Source: an uncultured Phycisphaeraceae bacterium
Lineage (GTDB): Bacteria; Planctomycetota; Phycisphaerae; Phycisphaerales; UBA1924
DNA: 64,000 nt
NCBI GenBank assembly: GCA_964410465.1
Contig: CAYPGJ010000005.1
Coordinates: 17,275 to 81,274, forward strand
Direction: 5' to 3'
Position numbers and translations under genes: made by a program. The notes beneath the pieces were generated by a model that was given only the letters and a program-made list of their open reading frames with translations, was not told the DNA's origin and ran no database searches. Of the stretch, positions 29,148-37,290 are shown one piece after another (the first letter of the stretch is position 1; each line of letters starts with the position of its first letter).

Positions 29148-29951
29148 ATGACACACAAAGACCGAACAAACTCCGCACGCGAATCGGCGCCCGACCGGCT
29201 CGGACGCGAGTCATGGCGCGTCTTCAAGATCATGGCCGAGTTCGTTGACGGGCTCGACGCCCTCTCCCACCTCCCGCCTTCCGCCTCCGTCTTCGGCTCC
29301 GCGCGCACGCACGCCTCACACCCCTACTACAAGGCCGCACGACAGTGCGCACGCCGTCTCGCGGAAGAGGGAATCGGCGTCATCACCGGCGGAGGCCCCG
29401 GCATCATGGAGGCCGCGAACCGCGGCGCCTTCGAAGCCGACGGCGTCTCCGTAGGCCTCAACATCTCTCTCCCCCAAGAGCAGGTCCCCAACCCCTTCCA
29501 GACCATCGCGCTCCACTTCGACTACTTCTTCGTCCGCAAGGTCATGTTCGTCAAACACTCCTCCGCCTTCGTCATCTTTCCGGGCGGCTTCGGCACGCTC
29601 GACGAGTTCTTCGAATCGCTCACCCTCATCCAGACCCTGAAGATCCAGGCCTTCCCCGTCATCTGCTACGGCCGCGACTTCTGGCAACGACCCATCGACT
29701 GGGTCCGCGAGGTGCTCGACACGCAGCACCACATGATCTCTCCGCGCGACAACGAACTCTACATGGTCAGCGACGACGTCGAGGAGATCGTCCACATCGT
29801 CAAGTCCCACGTGCACGGCAACGGCGTCGTCTGCAAACTCCCGGAGCCCAGCGGCCCCGAAGGCGAGCTCACCGCCGAGGGCACCCGCGTCGGCAAGTCC
29901 TCCCGCCGATCCGCCACCGCCTACCCGCTCCCCGACGATCCCGCCATCTGA
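29148..29951 (+). CDS. LOG family protein (TIGR00730 Rossmann-fold nucleotide-binding)
   Basis: Has GGGPGIMEAANRGA and PGGFGTLDEFFE motifs. Confidence 0.85.
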   Translation: MTHKDRTNSARESAPDRLGRESWRVFKIMAEFVDGLDALSHLPPSASVFGSARTHASHPYYKAARQCARRLAEEGIGVITGGGPGIMEAANRGAFEADGVSVGLNISLPQEQVPNPFQTIALHFDYFFVRKVMFVKHSSAFVIFPGGFGTLDEFFESLTLIQTLKIQAFPVICYGRDFWQRPIDWVREVLDTQHHMISPRDNELYMVSDDVEEIVHIVKSHVHGNGVVCKLPEPSGPEGELTAEGTRVGKSSRRSATAYPLPDDPAI

Positions 29952-30018
29952 TCGCAACATTGAATGGGAGCGTGCATGGCCGAGCGTCCGCTTGACCATC
30001 GACTGACTCCATCACACA

Positions 30019-30960
30019 TCACACCTGCTCATACGCCACCTCGCGCTTCACGCGCCGCCCAACCTCACTCGCATACCGCTTCCCCAGCTCTTCCCGATTC
30101 TCGCGCGCCCATTCCGTGAGCCGCGTGCTCCCCGTCGGGGGCGCATCGCTCGCCAGGATGCCACGCATCAGGCCGATCGCCTCCTCGCGCGTGATGATCC
30201 GGTCCCCCACGAACGGGTCGATCATCCGCGCTACGCACAGCCCCGCCCACAGCGGCACGCGCACGATCGGCCTCGGCTTCCCGATGATCTCGCCGATAGT
30301 GCGCACCAAATCCGTATATGCGAACCGTTCCGTCCCCTTCGCATCCACCGTGTTGTTCCCGCTCGCGTCGGACTCGCGCACCGCGAGGGCGGCGAAGTCG
30401 TCGACGTGCATCGGCTCCAGCTCGTAGGCGCCGTCCCCGAAGACGCCGAAGAACGGCAGGCGGCGGAGCGTCCAGGCGATGTTGTTGACGAGGATGTCGC
30501 CGCGACCGAACAGCACGCCCGGACGCAGGATCGAATACGCAACGCCCAGCCCCTTCAGGTCGCGTTCCAGCTCGCCCTTGCCCTTGTAGTACCCGAGGTC
30601 GTCGTTCCCCTCGGCGTGGAGGATGCTGACGTGCACGATCCTGCGCACGCCGGCGTCCATCGCGGCCCGGAAGAGGCGTTTCGTGTTGGCGACGGCCTGG
30701 TCGAAGGTGAACAGGCGGTGATTGAAGCGGACCCAGTAGGTATTGATGAGGACCTCGGCGCCCTGGAGGGAGTCGACGAGGGCTGTGTGGTCGTCGAAGG
30801 CGAGAGGGCGGATCTCGAGCTGATCGCCGAAGGGATTGGGGCGTTTGGGCGAGTTTGTGAGTGTTCGGACGCGATCGCCGCGAGCGAAGAGGCGTTCGGC
30901 GATGGCCTTGCCTGAGTAGCCGAGGGCGCCGGTGACGACGAGCTGGCGTGAGTGCGTCAT
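30019..30960 (-). CDS. NAD(P)H-binding NmrA/atypical SDR family protein
   Basis: Begins MTHSRQLVVTGALGYSGKAI with a Rossmann GxxGxxG. ATG at 30960. The listed ORF is over-extended. Confidence 0.75.
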   Translation of the reverse strand: MTHSRQLVVTGALGYSGKAIAERLFARGDRVRTLTNSPKRPNPFGDQLEIRPLAFDDHTALVDSLQGAEVLINTYWVRFNHRLFTFDQAVANTKRLFRAAMDAGVRRIVHVSILHAEGNDDLGYYKGKGELERDLKGLGVAYSILRPGVLFGRGDILVNNIAWTLRRLPFFGVFGDGAYELEPMHVDDFAALAVRESDASGNNTVDAKGTERFAYTDLVRTIGEIIGKPRPIVRVPLWAGLCVARMIDPFVGDRIITREEAIGLMRGILASDAPPTGSTRLTEWARENREELGKRYASEVGRRVKREVAYEQV

Positions 30961-31011
30961 CCGGAGAGGATACTGATGGTCCATCCCCCACCGCCCCACC
31001 CGGAGCCGCCC

Positions 31012-31581
31012 ATGCCCACGCTCACCTCCGACCCCGTCGACGTCATGCTCGCCCACGACGCGTGGGCCACGCGGATGTTGCTAAACACCTGCCGCGGATT
31101 GACCTACGAGCAGTTCCACCGGCCGTTCGACCTGGGGCTGAAGACGGTGCACCTGACCATGACGCACATCGTGAGCGTGATGCGTCGGTGGTCGGACCGG
31201 ATCGGTGAGAGGACGCTGCGGCCCATGCTGGACGCTGTGCCTGGGGCGCCGAGCGCGGTCGGGGCGGAGGCCCGGGAGCGGACGGTGGAGGAGCTGCTGG
31301 CTCTGCTGGATGAGGCGGAAAGGGATGCGCGGGCGGTGATCGCGGGGGTGCGTAAGCAGGGCTTTGACATGCTGTTGCGGCTCGAGTTTCCCGACGAGAC
31401 GGGGCGGAAGAAGCGGCACACGTTCGCCAAGGGGACGGCCTTGGTTCATCTGTGCACCCACTCGATGCACCACCGGGCGCAGGTGATTGCGATGCTGCGG
31501 ATGCTGGGGGTCTCGACGATCCCCGACACGGATCCCATTGCGTGGCAGGAGGTTACGGAGCTGCCGGCGGAGGTCGTGTAA
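31012..31581 (+). CDS. DinB family protein (paralogue 1)
   Basis: Contains SDPVDVMLAHDAWA...EQFH...THSMHHRAQ. This is a four-helix DinB/YfiT-type metal-binding His pattern. Confidence 0.75.
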   Translation: MPTLTSDPVDVMLAHDAWATRMLLNTCRGLTYEQFHRPFDLGLKTVHLTMTHIVSVMRRWSDRIGERTLRPMLDAVPGAPSAVGAEARERTVEELLALLDEAERDARAVIAGVRKQGFDMLLRLEFPDETGRKKRHTFAKGTALVHLCTHSMHHRAQVIAMLRMLGVSTIPDTDPIAWQEVTELPAEVV

Positions 31582-31599
31582 GTGCTACACTGGGGCTGA

Positions 31600-31682
31600 C
31601 AAACGCTCGGGGCGCCCTCCAGAGAGGGCTGAGAAGCACCCGTGGAACCTGATCCGGCTCGTACCGGCGGAGGGAAAGCGAG
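31600..31682 (+). promoter_or_regulatory. TPP (THI-box) riboswitch
   Basis: CGCUCGGGGCGCCCUCCAGAGAGGGCUGAGAAGCACCCGUGGAACCUGAUCCGGCUCGUACCGGCGGAGGGAAAGCG matches the conserved TPP aptamer core. Compare E. coli thiM as recalled: CUCGGGGUGCCC..GGCUGAGA..ACCC..ACCUGAUCUGGAUAAUGCCAGCGUAGGGAAG. It ends 3 nt before the ATG at 31683. Confidence 0.85.
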
Positions 31683-32177
31683 ATGACGTCGGACCCCATC
31701 GAGATCCTTTTGGCGCACCATGACTGGGCGAACCGCACGCTCATCGAGCGGTGTAAGTCGTTGTCGCCAGAGCAGTTTCATCAAAAGCTCGAGCTGGGTC
31801 GGGGGTCATTGCACGACACGATCGTGCACGTGATCTCTGCCGCGAGCGCGTGGACGAACATGCTGATGGAGCGGCCGTTTGAGAAGAGGCTGGAGGGCGA
31901 TCCGGCGCGCACGGCCGAGGAGATCCTGACGCTTCACGGGCAGACACAGGAGGCGCTGGCGATCGCGGCTCGCGCTAAGCCCTTGACGGACATCGCCCAA
32001 GGCGAGCGCGCGGGGCGGAAATATTCTTTTACGAGAGGCGGGGTTTTGTTGCATGTGTTCACGCACGCGATGCACCACCGTGCGCAAGCGTTGAACATGT
32101 TGAGGCAGTTGGGGGACGAGGCGCCGCCGGACGTGTCGGTGCTGGTGTGGATGCTCACGAAGGACACAACCGCCTGA
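31683..32177 (+). CDS. DinB family protein (paralogue 2), immediately downstream of TPP riboswitch
   Basis: Contains [16 protein letters not shown]...EQFH...[18 protein letters not shown]. It is clearly paralogous to 31012..31581. Confidence 0.75.
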   Translation: MTSDPIEILLAHHDWANRTLIERCKSLSPEQFHQKLELGRGSLHDTIVHVISAASAWTNMLMERPFEKRLEGDPARTAEEILTLHGQTQEALAIAARAKPLTDIAQGERAGRKYSFTRGGVLLHVFTHAMHHRAQALNMLRQLGDEAPPDVSVLVWMLTKDTTA

Positions 32178-32199
32178 GGGCGAAGGATTTAGGAACGAG

Positions 32200-34179
32200 A
32201 TGATGACAACGCGACCAACAGAGCGATATGGCGTACCGACGAGGGGCGCGGGGAACCCGGGATTCGCGCAAGTGACGACGCCTGGGTCGTTTGCGAACAA
32301 GCGCGCGCACGGGTGGGACGCGCGGGGGGCGCTGACGTACTCGTCGCCGGACACGCCGGGGATGCCTGCGGCGTCCACGAAGACCGCGTGGGACTTCCTC
32401 CCAAGTGGGTGGAGTGTCGTCGAGCTTGGCGAAAATGCGCACAGAAATGGATCGACATGGACAGGGCGCGTGTTTTCCCAGAACCCCCATGTGTCCGCGT
32501 CCGGTGCGCCGATTTGCGGTGATATCTCGACTTCCGAGGGCGCGTGCCGTAGTGACGAGAAGAAGGGGGAAGGTTGCGCATGTTGCCTTGGCGAGGATCG
32601 GGCGTTCGTCGAGTTTGTGACGGCCGACAACCGGCGCCTGCGGGTCATCTATCCGGCTGACTTCCGGCCGATGACGCAGCTGGAGCATGCGCGTCTGGGG
32701 ATCGTGACGCCGCAGATGAAGCACGTGGCGACGCGCGAGGCGCATCTCACGGCGGAGATGGTGCGCGATGAGATCGCGGCGGGGCGGATGATCCTGCCGG
32801 CGAACATTCACCACCTTGCGCACCGGCTGGAGCCCATGGTGATCGGGCGGGCGTCGAAGACGAAGGTGAATGCGAACATGGGCGCATCGCCTGTTTCGTC
32901 GGGGACGGATGAGGAGGTGGAGAAGCTGAAGTGGGCCGAGCGTTGGGGCGCGGACACGGTGATGGATTTGTCGACGGGTGGGAACCTGGATGAGTGCCGA
33001 GATGCGATTTTGCGGAACTCGACGGTTCCGATCGGAACGGTGCCGATCTACTCGATGATCATCGGGAAGAAGATCGAGGACCTGACCCCGGAACTGATCC
33101 TTGCCACCCTTGAACATCAGGCGCGGCAGGGCGTGGATTACTTCACGATTCACGCGGGCGTGCTGCGCGAGCACCTGCCGTATGTGAAGAACCGGCTGAT
33201 CGGGATCGTGTCGCGCGGCGGGTCGCTGCTCGCGAAGTGGTGCCTTGTGCATGACGATCAGAACCCGATGTACACGCACTTCGAGGCGATCTGCGACGTG
33301 ATGCGCGAGCATGACGTGTCGTTCTCGCTGGGTGACGGGCTGCGGCCGGGCGGTCTCGCGGATGCGTCGGATGATGCGCAGCTGGCTGAGCTGGAGACGC
33401 TGGGGGAGTTGACGGAGCGGGCGTGGCGGAAGGGTTGCCAGGTGATGGTGGAGGGGCCGGGGCACGTGCCGCTGGATCAGATCGAGTTCAACATGAAGCT
33501 GCAGCGGACGCTGTGCCACGGGGCGCCGTTCTACGTGCTGGGGCCGCTGGTGACGGACGTGTTTCCGGGGTATGACCACATCACGTCGTGCATCGGGGCG
33601 ACGAACGCGGCGTATCACGGGGCGTCGATGCTGTGCTACGTGACGCCGAAGGAGCACCTCGGCTTGCCGAAGAAGGACGACGTGAAGCAGGGGTGCATCG
33701 CGTACAAGATCGCGGCGCATGCGGGGGATGTTGCGCTGGGGATTCCGGGGAGTCGCGAGTGGGATGATGATCTGACGAAGGCGCGGGCCGCGCTCAATTG
33801 GGAGAAGCACTTCGAGTTAGCGTTCGACACGGACACGGCGCGTGCGTTCCACGACGAGGACCTGGACGTGGACACGGACTTCTGCGCGATGTGCGGGCAT
33901 GACTGGTGCTCGGTGCGGATCTCGAAGGAGATTCAGGAGTTTGCGTCGGGCAAGGCCGAGGGGTTTGAGCGGGGCAAGCCGGTGAAGTCTGCGGCGTTGA
34001 CGATCGAGCAGAAGGAGATTCTGGAGAAGCGCGGGGTTTTGAGTCCGGAGGAGATTCATCGGTTGGCGGCGAAGACGAGGAAGGCCGTGGGTGCGGAGGA
34101 GGGGAAGAAGGCGGGGTGTCATTCGGATTATGTGGATGACGACGCCGCCCGATCTCAGATCTCGCGGGCGCTCACATAA
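32200..34179 (+). CDS. thiC: Phosphomethylpyrimidine synthase ThiC (start uncertain; conserved core begins at ATG 32671)
   Basis: The conserved ThiC core runs from [20 protein letters not shown] onward, with the radical-SAM-type C-terminal CxxCxxxxC (CAMCGHDWC). The first 157 codons of the ORF are unlike known ThiC N-termini but retain moderately high third-position G/C. Confidence 0.9.
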   Translation: MMTTRPTERYGVPTRGAGNPGFAQVTTPGSFANKRAHGWDARGALTYSSPDTPGMPAASTKTAWDFLPSGWSVVELGENAHRNGSTWTGRVFSQNPHVSASGAPICGDISTSEGACRSDEKKGEGCACCLGEDRAFVEFVTADNRRLRVIYPADFRPMTQLEHARLGIVTPQMKHVATREAHLTAEMVRDEIAAGRMILPANIHHLAHRLEPMVIGRASKTKVNANMGASPVSSGTDEEVEKLKWAERWGADTVMDLSTGGNLDECRDAILRNSTVPIGTVPIYSMIIGKKIEDLTPELILATLEHQARQGVDYFTIHAGVLREHLPYVKNRLIGIVSRGGSLLAKWCLVHDDQNPMYTHFEAICDVMREHDVSFSLGDGLRPGGLADASDDAQLAELETLGELTERAWRKGCQVMVEGPGHVPLDQIEFNMKLQRTLCHGAPFYVLGPLVTDVFPGYDHITSCIGATNAAYHGASMLCYVTPKEHLGLPKKDDVKQGCIAYKIAAHAGDVALGIPGSREWDDDLTKARAALNWEKHFELAFDTDTARAFHDEDLDVDTDFCAMCGHDWCSVRISKEIQEFASGKAEGFERGKPVKSAALTIEQKEILEKRGVLSPEEIHRLAAKTRKAVGAEEGKKAGCHSDYVDDDAARSQISRALT

Positions 34180-34189
34180 CCACCGCCGC

Positions 34190-35143
34190 TCATCGACGAA
34201 TTGAATCTGCTTGGTTAGCAAACGAGATATGGCCGTTGATCCGCGCCAACTCTACGTCTCCAGGTTTCATCTTCGTGCGCTGATATTTCATGAGTCGTAT
34301 GCGATTGCGGTACGCCTTTGGCAATCGAACCTGATCGCCATGCACAAGCAACCCGAGCACTCGGATCATTTCCGGACGGCTTTCCACAACGGTTTTTTGC
34401 GTAGCAACTTTCCATCCCCCCGCCACTAGAACGCGACTCACTCTTTCCAAAACACCATCGGGGCCACCTCTCCAATTAGTAACAACGATATCGTCCGCAT
34501 ATCGCGTAAGCCGCCACCCATGCTCGTTGGCCACACTCGCCAAACGCTTGTCAGTATCCGCAAAGACCATGTTCGAAAGTACCGGACTAAGTGGCGATCC
34601 CTGCGGCAACACGCCATTCAGCGTAGCTAGATCTGCGATCAGGTTAGATGCCGCACTTGAGTACCCAACGCGCACGACGCTGTCGTATACTTGCGCACGA
34701 CTAATGCTGCCGAAGAAATCCTTGATATCCACGGATACGCACCACTTTGACCTCTTGTGCTCCTCCGCAGCGCTCCAAATACTCCGACCGGGTACAAAGG
34801 CATGGACATGACTTGGCGCCACCAAACCGCGCGCCCAATACTCCGCAAGCCATTTTTGAATCACCTTTAGCGACACACGCGGAGCCTCGATCTTACGCTT
34901 CTTCGTCCCAGATAGCATATAGAACGTCCTGTAATAATGACGAGCGTTTTTTGCCATCGCAATAACAAATCGCGGAGAGAATCCACTCAAGAGCGACAAC
35001 GTATGCACTGAGGTTACTGGCGGCAGTCCATGACTTGCCAACGTCTCCATAGCATCGACCTCGACATGCCATGGGGTATCCTGAAGTGCCCGCTGCACTT
35101 CATCCATTGTGTCAAATGAAAAAAGGAGCGGCGGGGCCTTCAT
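34190..35143 (-). CDS. Retron-type reverse transcriptase
   Basis: 317 aa with RT motifs SVDIKDFFGSI, LPQGSPLSPVLSN, TRYADDIVV and a downstream RVLGLLV (VTG-like) segment. No maturase/endonuclease or other extra domain. A structured ncRNA lies immediately upstream. The alternative start is Met13 (ATG at 35107). Confidence 0.85.
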   Translation of the reverse strand: MKAPPLLFSFDTMDEVQRALQDTPWHVEVDAMETLASHGLPPVTSVHTLSLLSGFSPRFVIAMAKNARHYYRTFYMLSGTKKRKIEAPRVSLKVIQKWLAEYWARGLVAPSHVHAFVPGRSIWSAAEEHKRSKWCVSVDIKDFFGSISRAQVYDSVVRVGYSSAASNLIADLATLNGVLPQGSPLSPVLSNMVFADTDKRLASVANEHGWRLTRYADDIVVTNWRGGPDGVLERVSRVLVAGGWKVATQKTVVESRPEMIRVLGLLVHGDQVRLPKAYRNRIRLMKYQRTKMKPGDVELARINGHISFANQADSIRR

Positions 35144-35309
35144 TTCAAGTACTCACGCGAGCCAAGGTTGCCCTTGCGTTGTGCGTGCGACGCACGAAGG
35201 CGGAGGATTCGAAGAAGCGTCCGCCTTCGTGCGTCGCAACTTCTGTCCGTGACCTTCGCTGAAGGAGGATGATTCACCCTCCGTGCGAAATGATCCCGCC
35301 GCTCCCTTT
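35121..35309 (-). ncRNA. Putative retron msr-msd non-coding RNA
   Basis: A 15-nt inverted repeat brackets the element: 35295-35309 (RNA AAAGGGAGCGGCGGG) pairs with 35121-35135 (RNA CCCGCCGCUCCUUUU) with one G-U. Inside it are small hairpins (GGAGG..CCUCC, CCUUC..GAAGG) and a perfect 18-bp stem (35187-35204 / 35220-35237) with a 15-nt loop. It lies directly 5' of the RT. Confidence 0.7.
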
Positions 35310-35315
35310 CCAAAG

Positions 35316-36071
35316 TTACCATTTGCGTCTCCCAAGAGCAAGAGCCCGGGCTACGTCTGTGTTTTGTCGGTCAGGACGAGCTGGCAGCGACTGCAATCCG
35401 ATCATGGTCAGCGAAGCGGCCCGGTCCTCGTCGACGACAACCAAGCCCTTGTGCCGGAATCGATCGAACGCGGATCGAACAAGGCGATCATCCGCGTAAT
35501 AGCCCGCGCTCTTCAACCCATCAACCACATGCAACACGCGTGCTGGCTGCATTGCCTTTATTCGCTGCATAATGTGCAAGTCCGTGGGCCATTCGAGCCC
35601 ACGCGCCCGAATATACGCTCGCGCAAGCCGCAACTCCGATTTCCTGAGAGCGCGCGATATCGTAGCGGACAATTGACGAAGCACGCCTGTTAGGTCGCCG
35701 GGTGGCACATATTCTCCTACATCTACGTTGCATACGACTGCCTGTCGCGAGACGAAGACAACCGCCACTTCACACTTAGGAATACCCAATTCAAATGCCA
35801 CCATGGATGACAACAACTCTTCAAGACGAGTCATGGCATCTGACGCGTCATATATCAATATTACCGCTCTATGTACTTGAAGCTCGATTCTTTTAACTGC
35901 TTTCTGCAACTTAGTTCGAAGCGCGACGGCGTCATATGGCACTGTGCCGCCTACACTACCAGAGACTCGCACTATTGTTGTCGACTCATCCTCGTTTTCG
36001 ATGCGTGTCGACTGCAACAGGGACTCATCGATTTTCTTAATCGCGTTCAGTATTGTAGCTTCAAGTTCCAT
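35316..36071 (-). CDS. Hypothetical protein, retron-associated (possible C-terminal winged-helix)
   Basis: 251 aa with lower-G+C codon usage. It overlaps the upstream ORF by 11 nt and stops 7 nt before the ncRNA 5' repeat. No family recognised. The SGSVGG motif is only weakly NTase-like. Confidence 0.6.
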   Translation of the reverse strand: MELEATILNAIKKIDESLLQSTRIENEDESTTIVRVSGSVGGTVPYDAVALRTKLQKAVKRIELQVHRAVILIYDASDAMTRLEELLSSMVAFELGIPKCEVAVVFVSRQAVVCNVDVGEYVPPGDLTGVLRQLSATISRALRKSELRLARAYIRARGLEWPTDLHIMQRIKAMQPARVLHVVDGLKSAGYYADDRLVRSAFDRFRHKGLVVVDEDRAASLTMIGLQSLPARPDRQNTDVARALALGRRKW

Positions 36072-36633
36072 AAGTAGTCCACGCCTCTTTTAGGGCGACA
36101 ATGTGCTCATCGCCTTTTGTGCACCAATTCAATGCGTCCTTTGTGGAAATGATCGCGTCATTCGTGGCAGTATTTGACAACACAAAGTCTATGCCATTCC
36201 ACTCCATACGCATGTCTCTCGTATAATCGGCAGCATTTCGAATACTCTTCGCTTCACGAAGCAACTCGGCCAGTCGTTCGCCGGCCCTTGTCACCTTAAG
36301 TTTTTGAGAAGCTGCGGCAAGCTGGTCGACGCTACGGCTTCGCTCGTGTCGACTGATTGCGTCGATAATAGCGCTACATACCATCCGCTGCACTGTTCGC
36401 GGCATGCCCGAATGTGACGGGTCAGGAGTAGACGAACCACAGACTTCGAGCACCATACTGCGCGTTGCCAACAGAAGTGCGTAGTACGATCGATTAACCA
36501 CGCTCTTCGCAAATAGCTCTGCTTCATCGACCGCAAACTGGCGTCGATTGCATGCTTCTGTCAAAAGAAACTGAGCTACAACTAGCATTACAAAACTACC
36601 TTTGGCTAACTGGAGCATCGATTCTCGCCACAA
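36061..36633 (-). CDS. HEPN-like (UPF0332-type) domain protein, retron-associated
   Basis: 190 aa. NRSYYALLLATRSMVL....SHSG and a C-terminal IRNAADY resemble the sR.YYA..ha...H.g and R..aDY signatures of UPF0332/HEPN proteins. Assignment is from memory of the family, not a search. Confidence 0.5.
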   Translation of the reverse strand: MWRESMLQLAKGSFVMLVVAQFLLTEACNRRQFAVDEAELFAKSVVNRSYYALLLATRSMVLEVCGSSTPDPSHSGMPRTVQRMVCSAIIDAISRHERSRSVDQLAAASQKLKVTRAGERLAELLREAKSIRNAADYTRDMRMEWNGIDFVLSNTATNDAIISTKDALNWCTKGDEHIVALKEAWTTYGT

Positions 36634-36711
36634 GTAAGGCGAGACACCACTCTAGTGTCGGGCCATCCACTCAGCAATGTCGCTGTGCCGCGTCCGATCA
36701 GCACGATGCCA

Positions 36712-37290
36712 TAGCCCTCTCCTTTATCCTCTCCCGTTGCCCCCCGGGGGGCCAACGGGAGAGGTGGCCGGGGTCGCGTCTCGTTTGTCAGGTGGAGGGT
36801 GCGCGGGACGGGCTCACACGATGGGGGCAAGAGGCGCGGGCGGTGATGCAAAAAGGCCGATTTGATGAGATCGCCGGGGAGATGGTGGCGTGGGACTCTG
36901 CGAGGCGTGGTAGGTAAAGGAGCGATGCACCCCCGGATGGTTGCCCTCTCCCTCCCCTCTCCCATTCGTCAGAGCTCGAACGGGAGAGGTGGGAGTACCA
37001 CGCTCCCTCACGGTCGCGTCTCGCCCGTCACGCGAAGGGCGCGCAGGACGCGCACACACGATGGGGACGGGGTGCGCGGCCGATGATGCAGAAAGGCCGA
37101 TTCGATGAGATCGCCGGGGAGATGGTGGCGTGGGACTCTGCGAGGCGATGTAGATGAGGGAGCGATGCAGTAGCCCTCTCCTTTATCCTCTCCCGTTGCC
37201 CCCCGGGGGGCCAACGGGAGAGGTGGCCGGGGTCGCGTCTCGTTTGTCAGGCGTGGGGTGCGCGGGACGGGCTCACACGATGGGGGGTTA
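36712..37290. repeat. Tandem repeat, ~2.5 copies of a ~220-240-bp unit containing a palindromic element
   Basis: The ~60-nt block aaaggccgatt(t/c)gatgagatcgccggggagatggtggcgtgggactctgcgaggcg occurs at 36851-36906 and 37091-37146. The block tagccctctcctttatcctctcccgttgccccccggggggccaacgggagaggtggccggggtcgcgtctcgtttgtcagg occurs at 36712 and 37171, with a diverged middle copy. Hairpins CCTCTCCCGTTG..CAACGGGAGAGG lie at 36728-36764, 36956-36989 and 37187-37223. Confidence 0.85.

Noticed and set aside
32178-32670. A second TPP riboswitch directly in front of the ThiC core.
   Set aside because: I looked for the CUGAGA and ACCUGAUC..GG..GCG.AGGGA boxes and found none in this interval. Only loose GGGG..CUGAC similarity is present.
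34190-35143. Reverse transcriptase as part of a group II intron or a diversity-generating retroelement.
   Set aside because: The protein is only 317 aa, with no maturase (X) or endonuclease domain and no flanking group II ribozyme-like domains (no domain V-like hairpin seen). I saw no TR/VR-type imperfect repeat pair nearby. The a1/a2-flanked structured RNA directly upstream fits a retron instead.
36061-36071. The HEPN-like ORF plus 251-aa ORF as a classical HEPN-MNT toxin-antitoxin pair independent of the RT.
   Set aside because: The 251-aa protein lacks a convincing GS-x(n)-DxD nucleotidyltransferase motif and is much larger than MNT antitoxins. The gene order (HEPN first) is atypical. The tight spacing to the ncRNA and RT favours one cassette, but this alternative cannot be excluded without profile searches.
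36712-37290. The repeat array as a CRISPR locus.
   Set aside because: The period is ~220-240 bp rather than ~60-70 bp. There is no alternation of short identical repeats with unique spacers, and there are no cas genes in the window.
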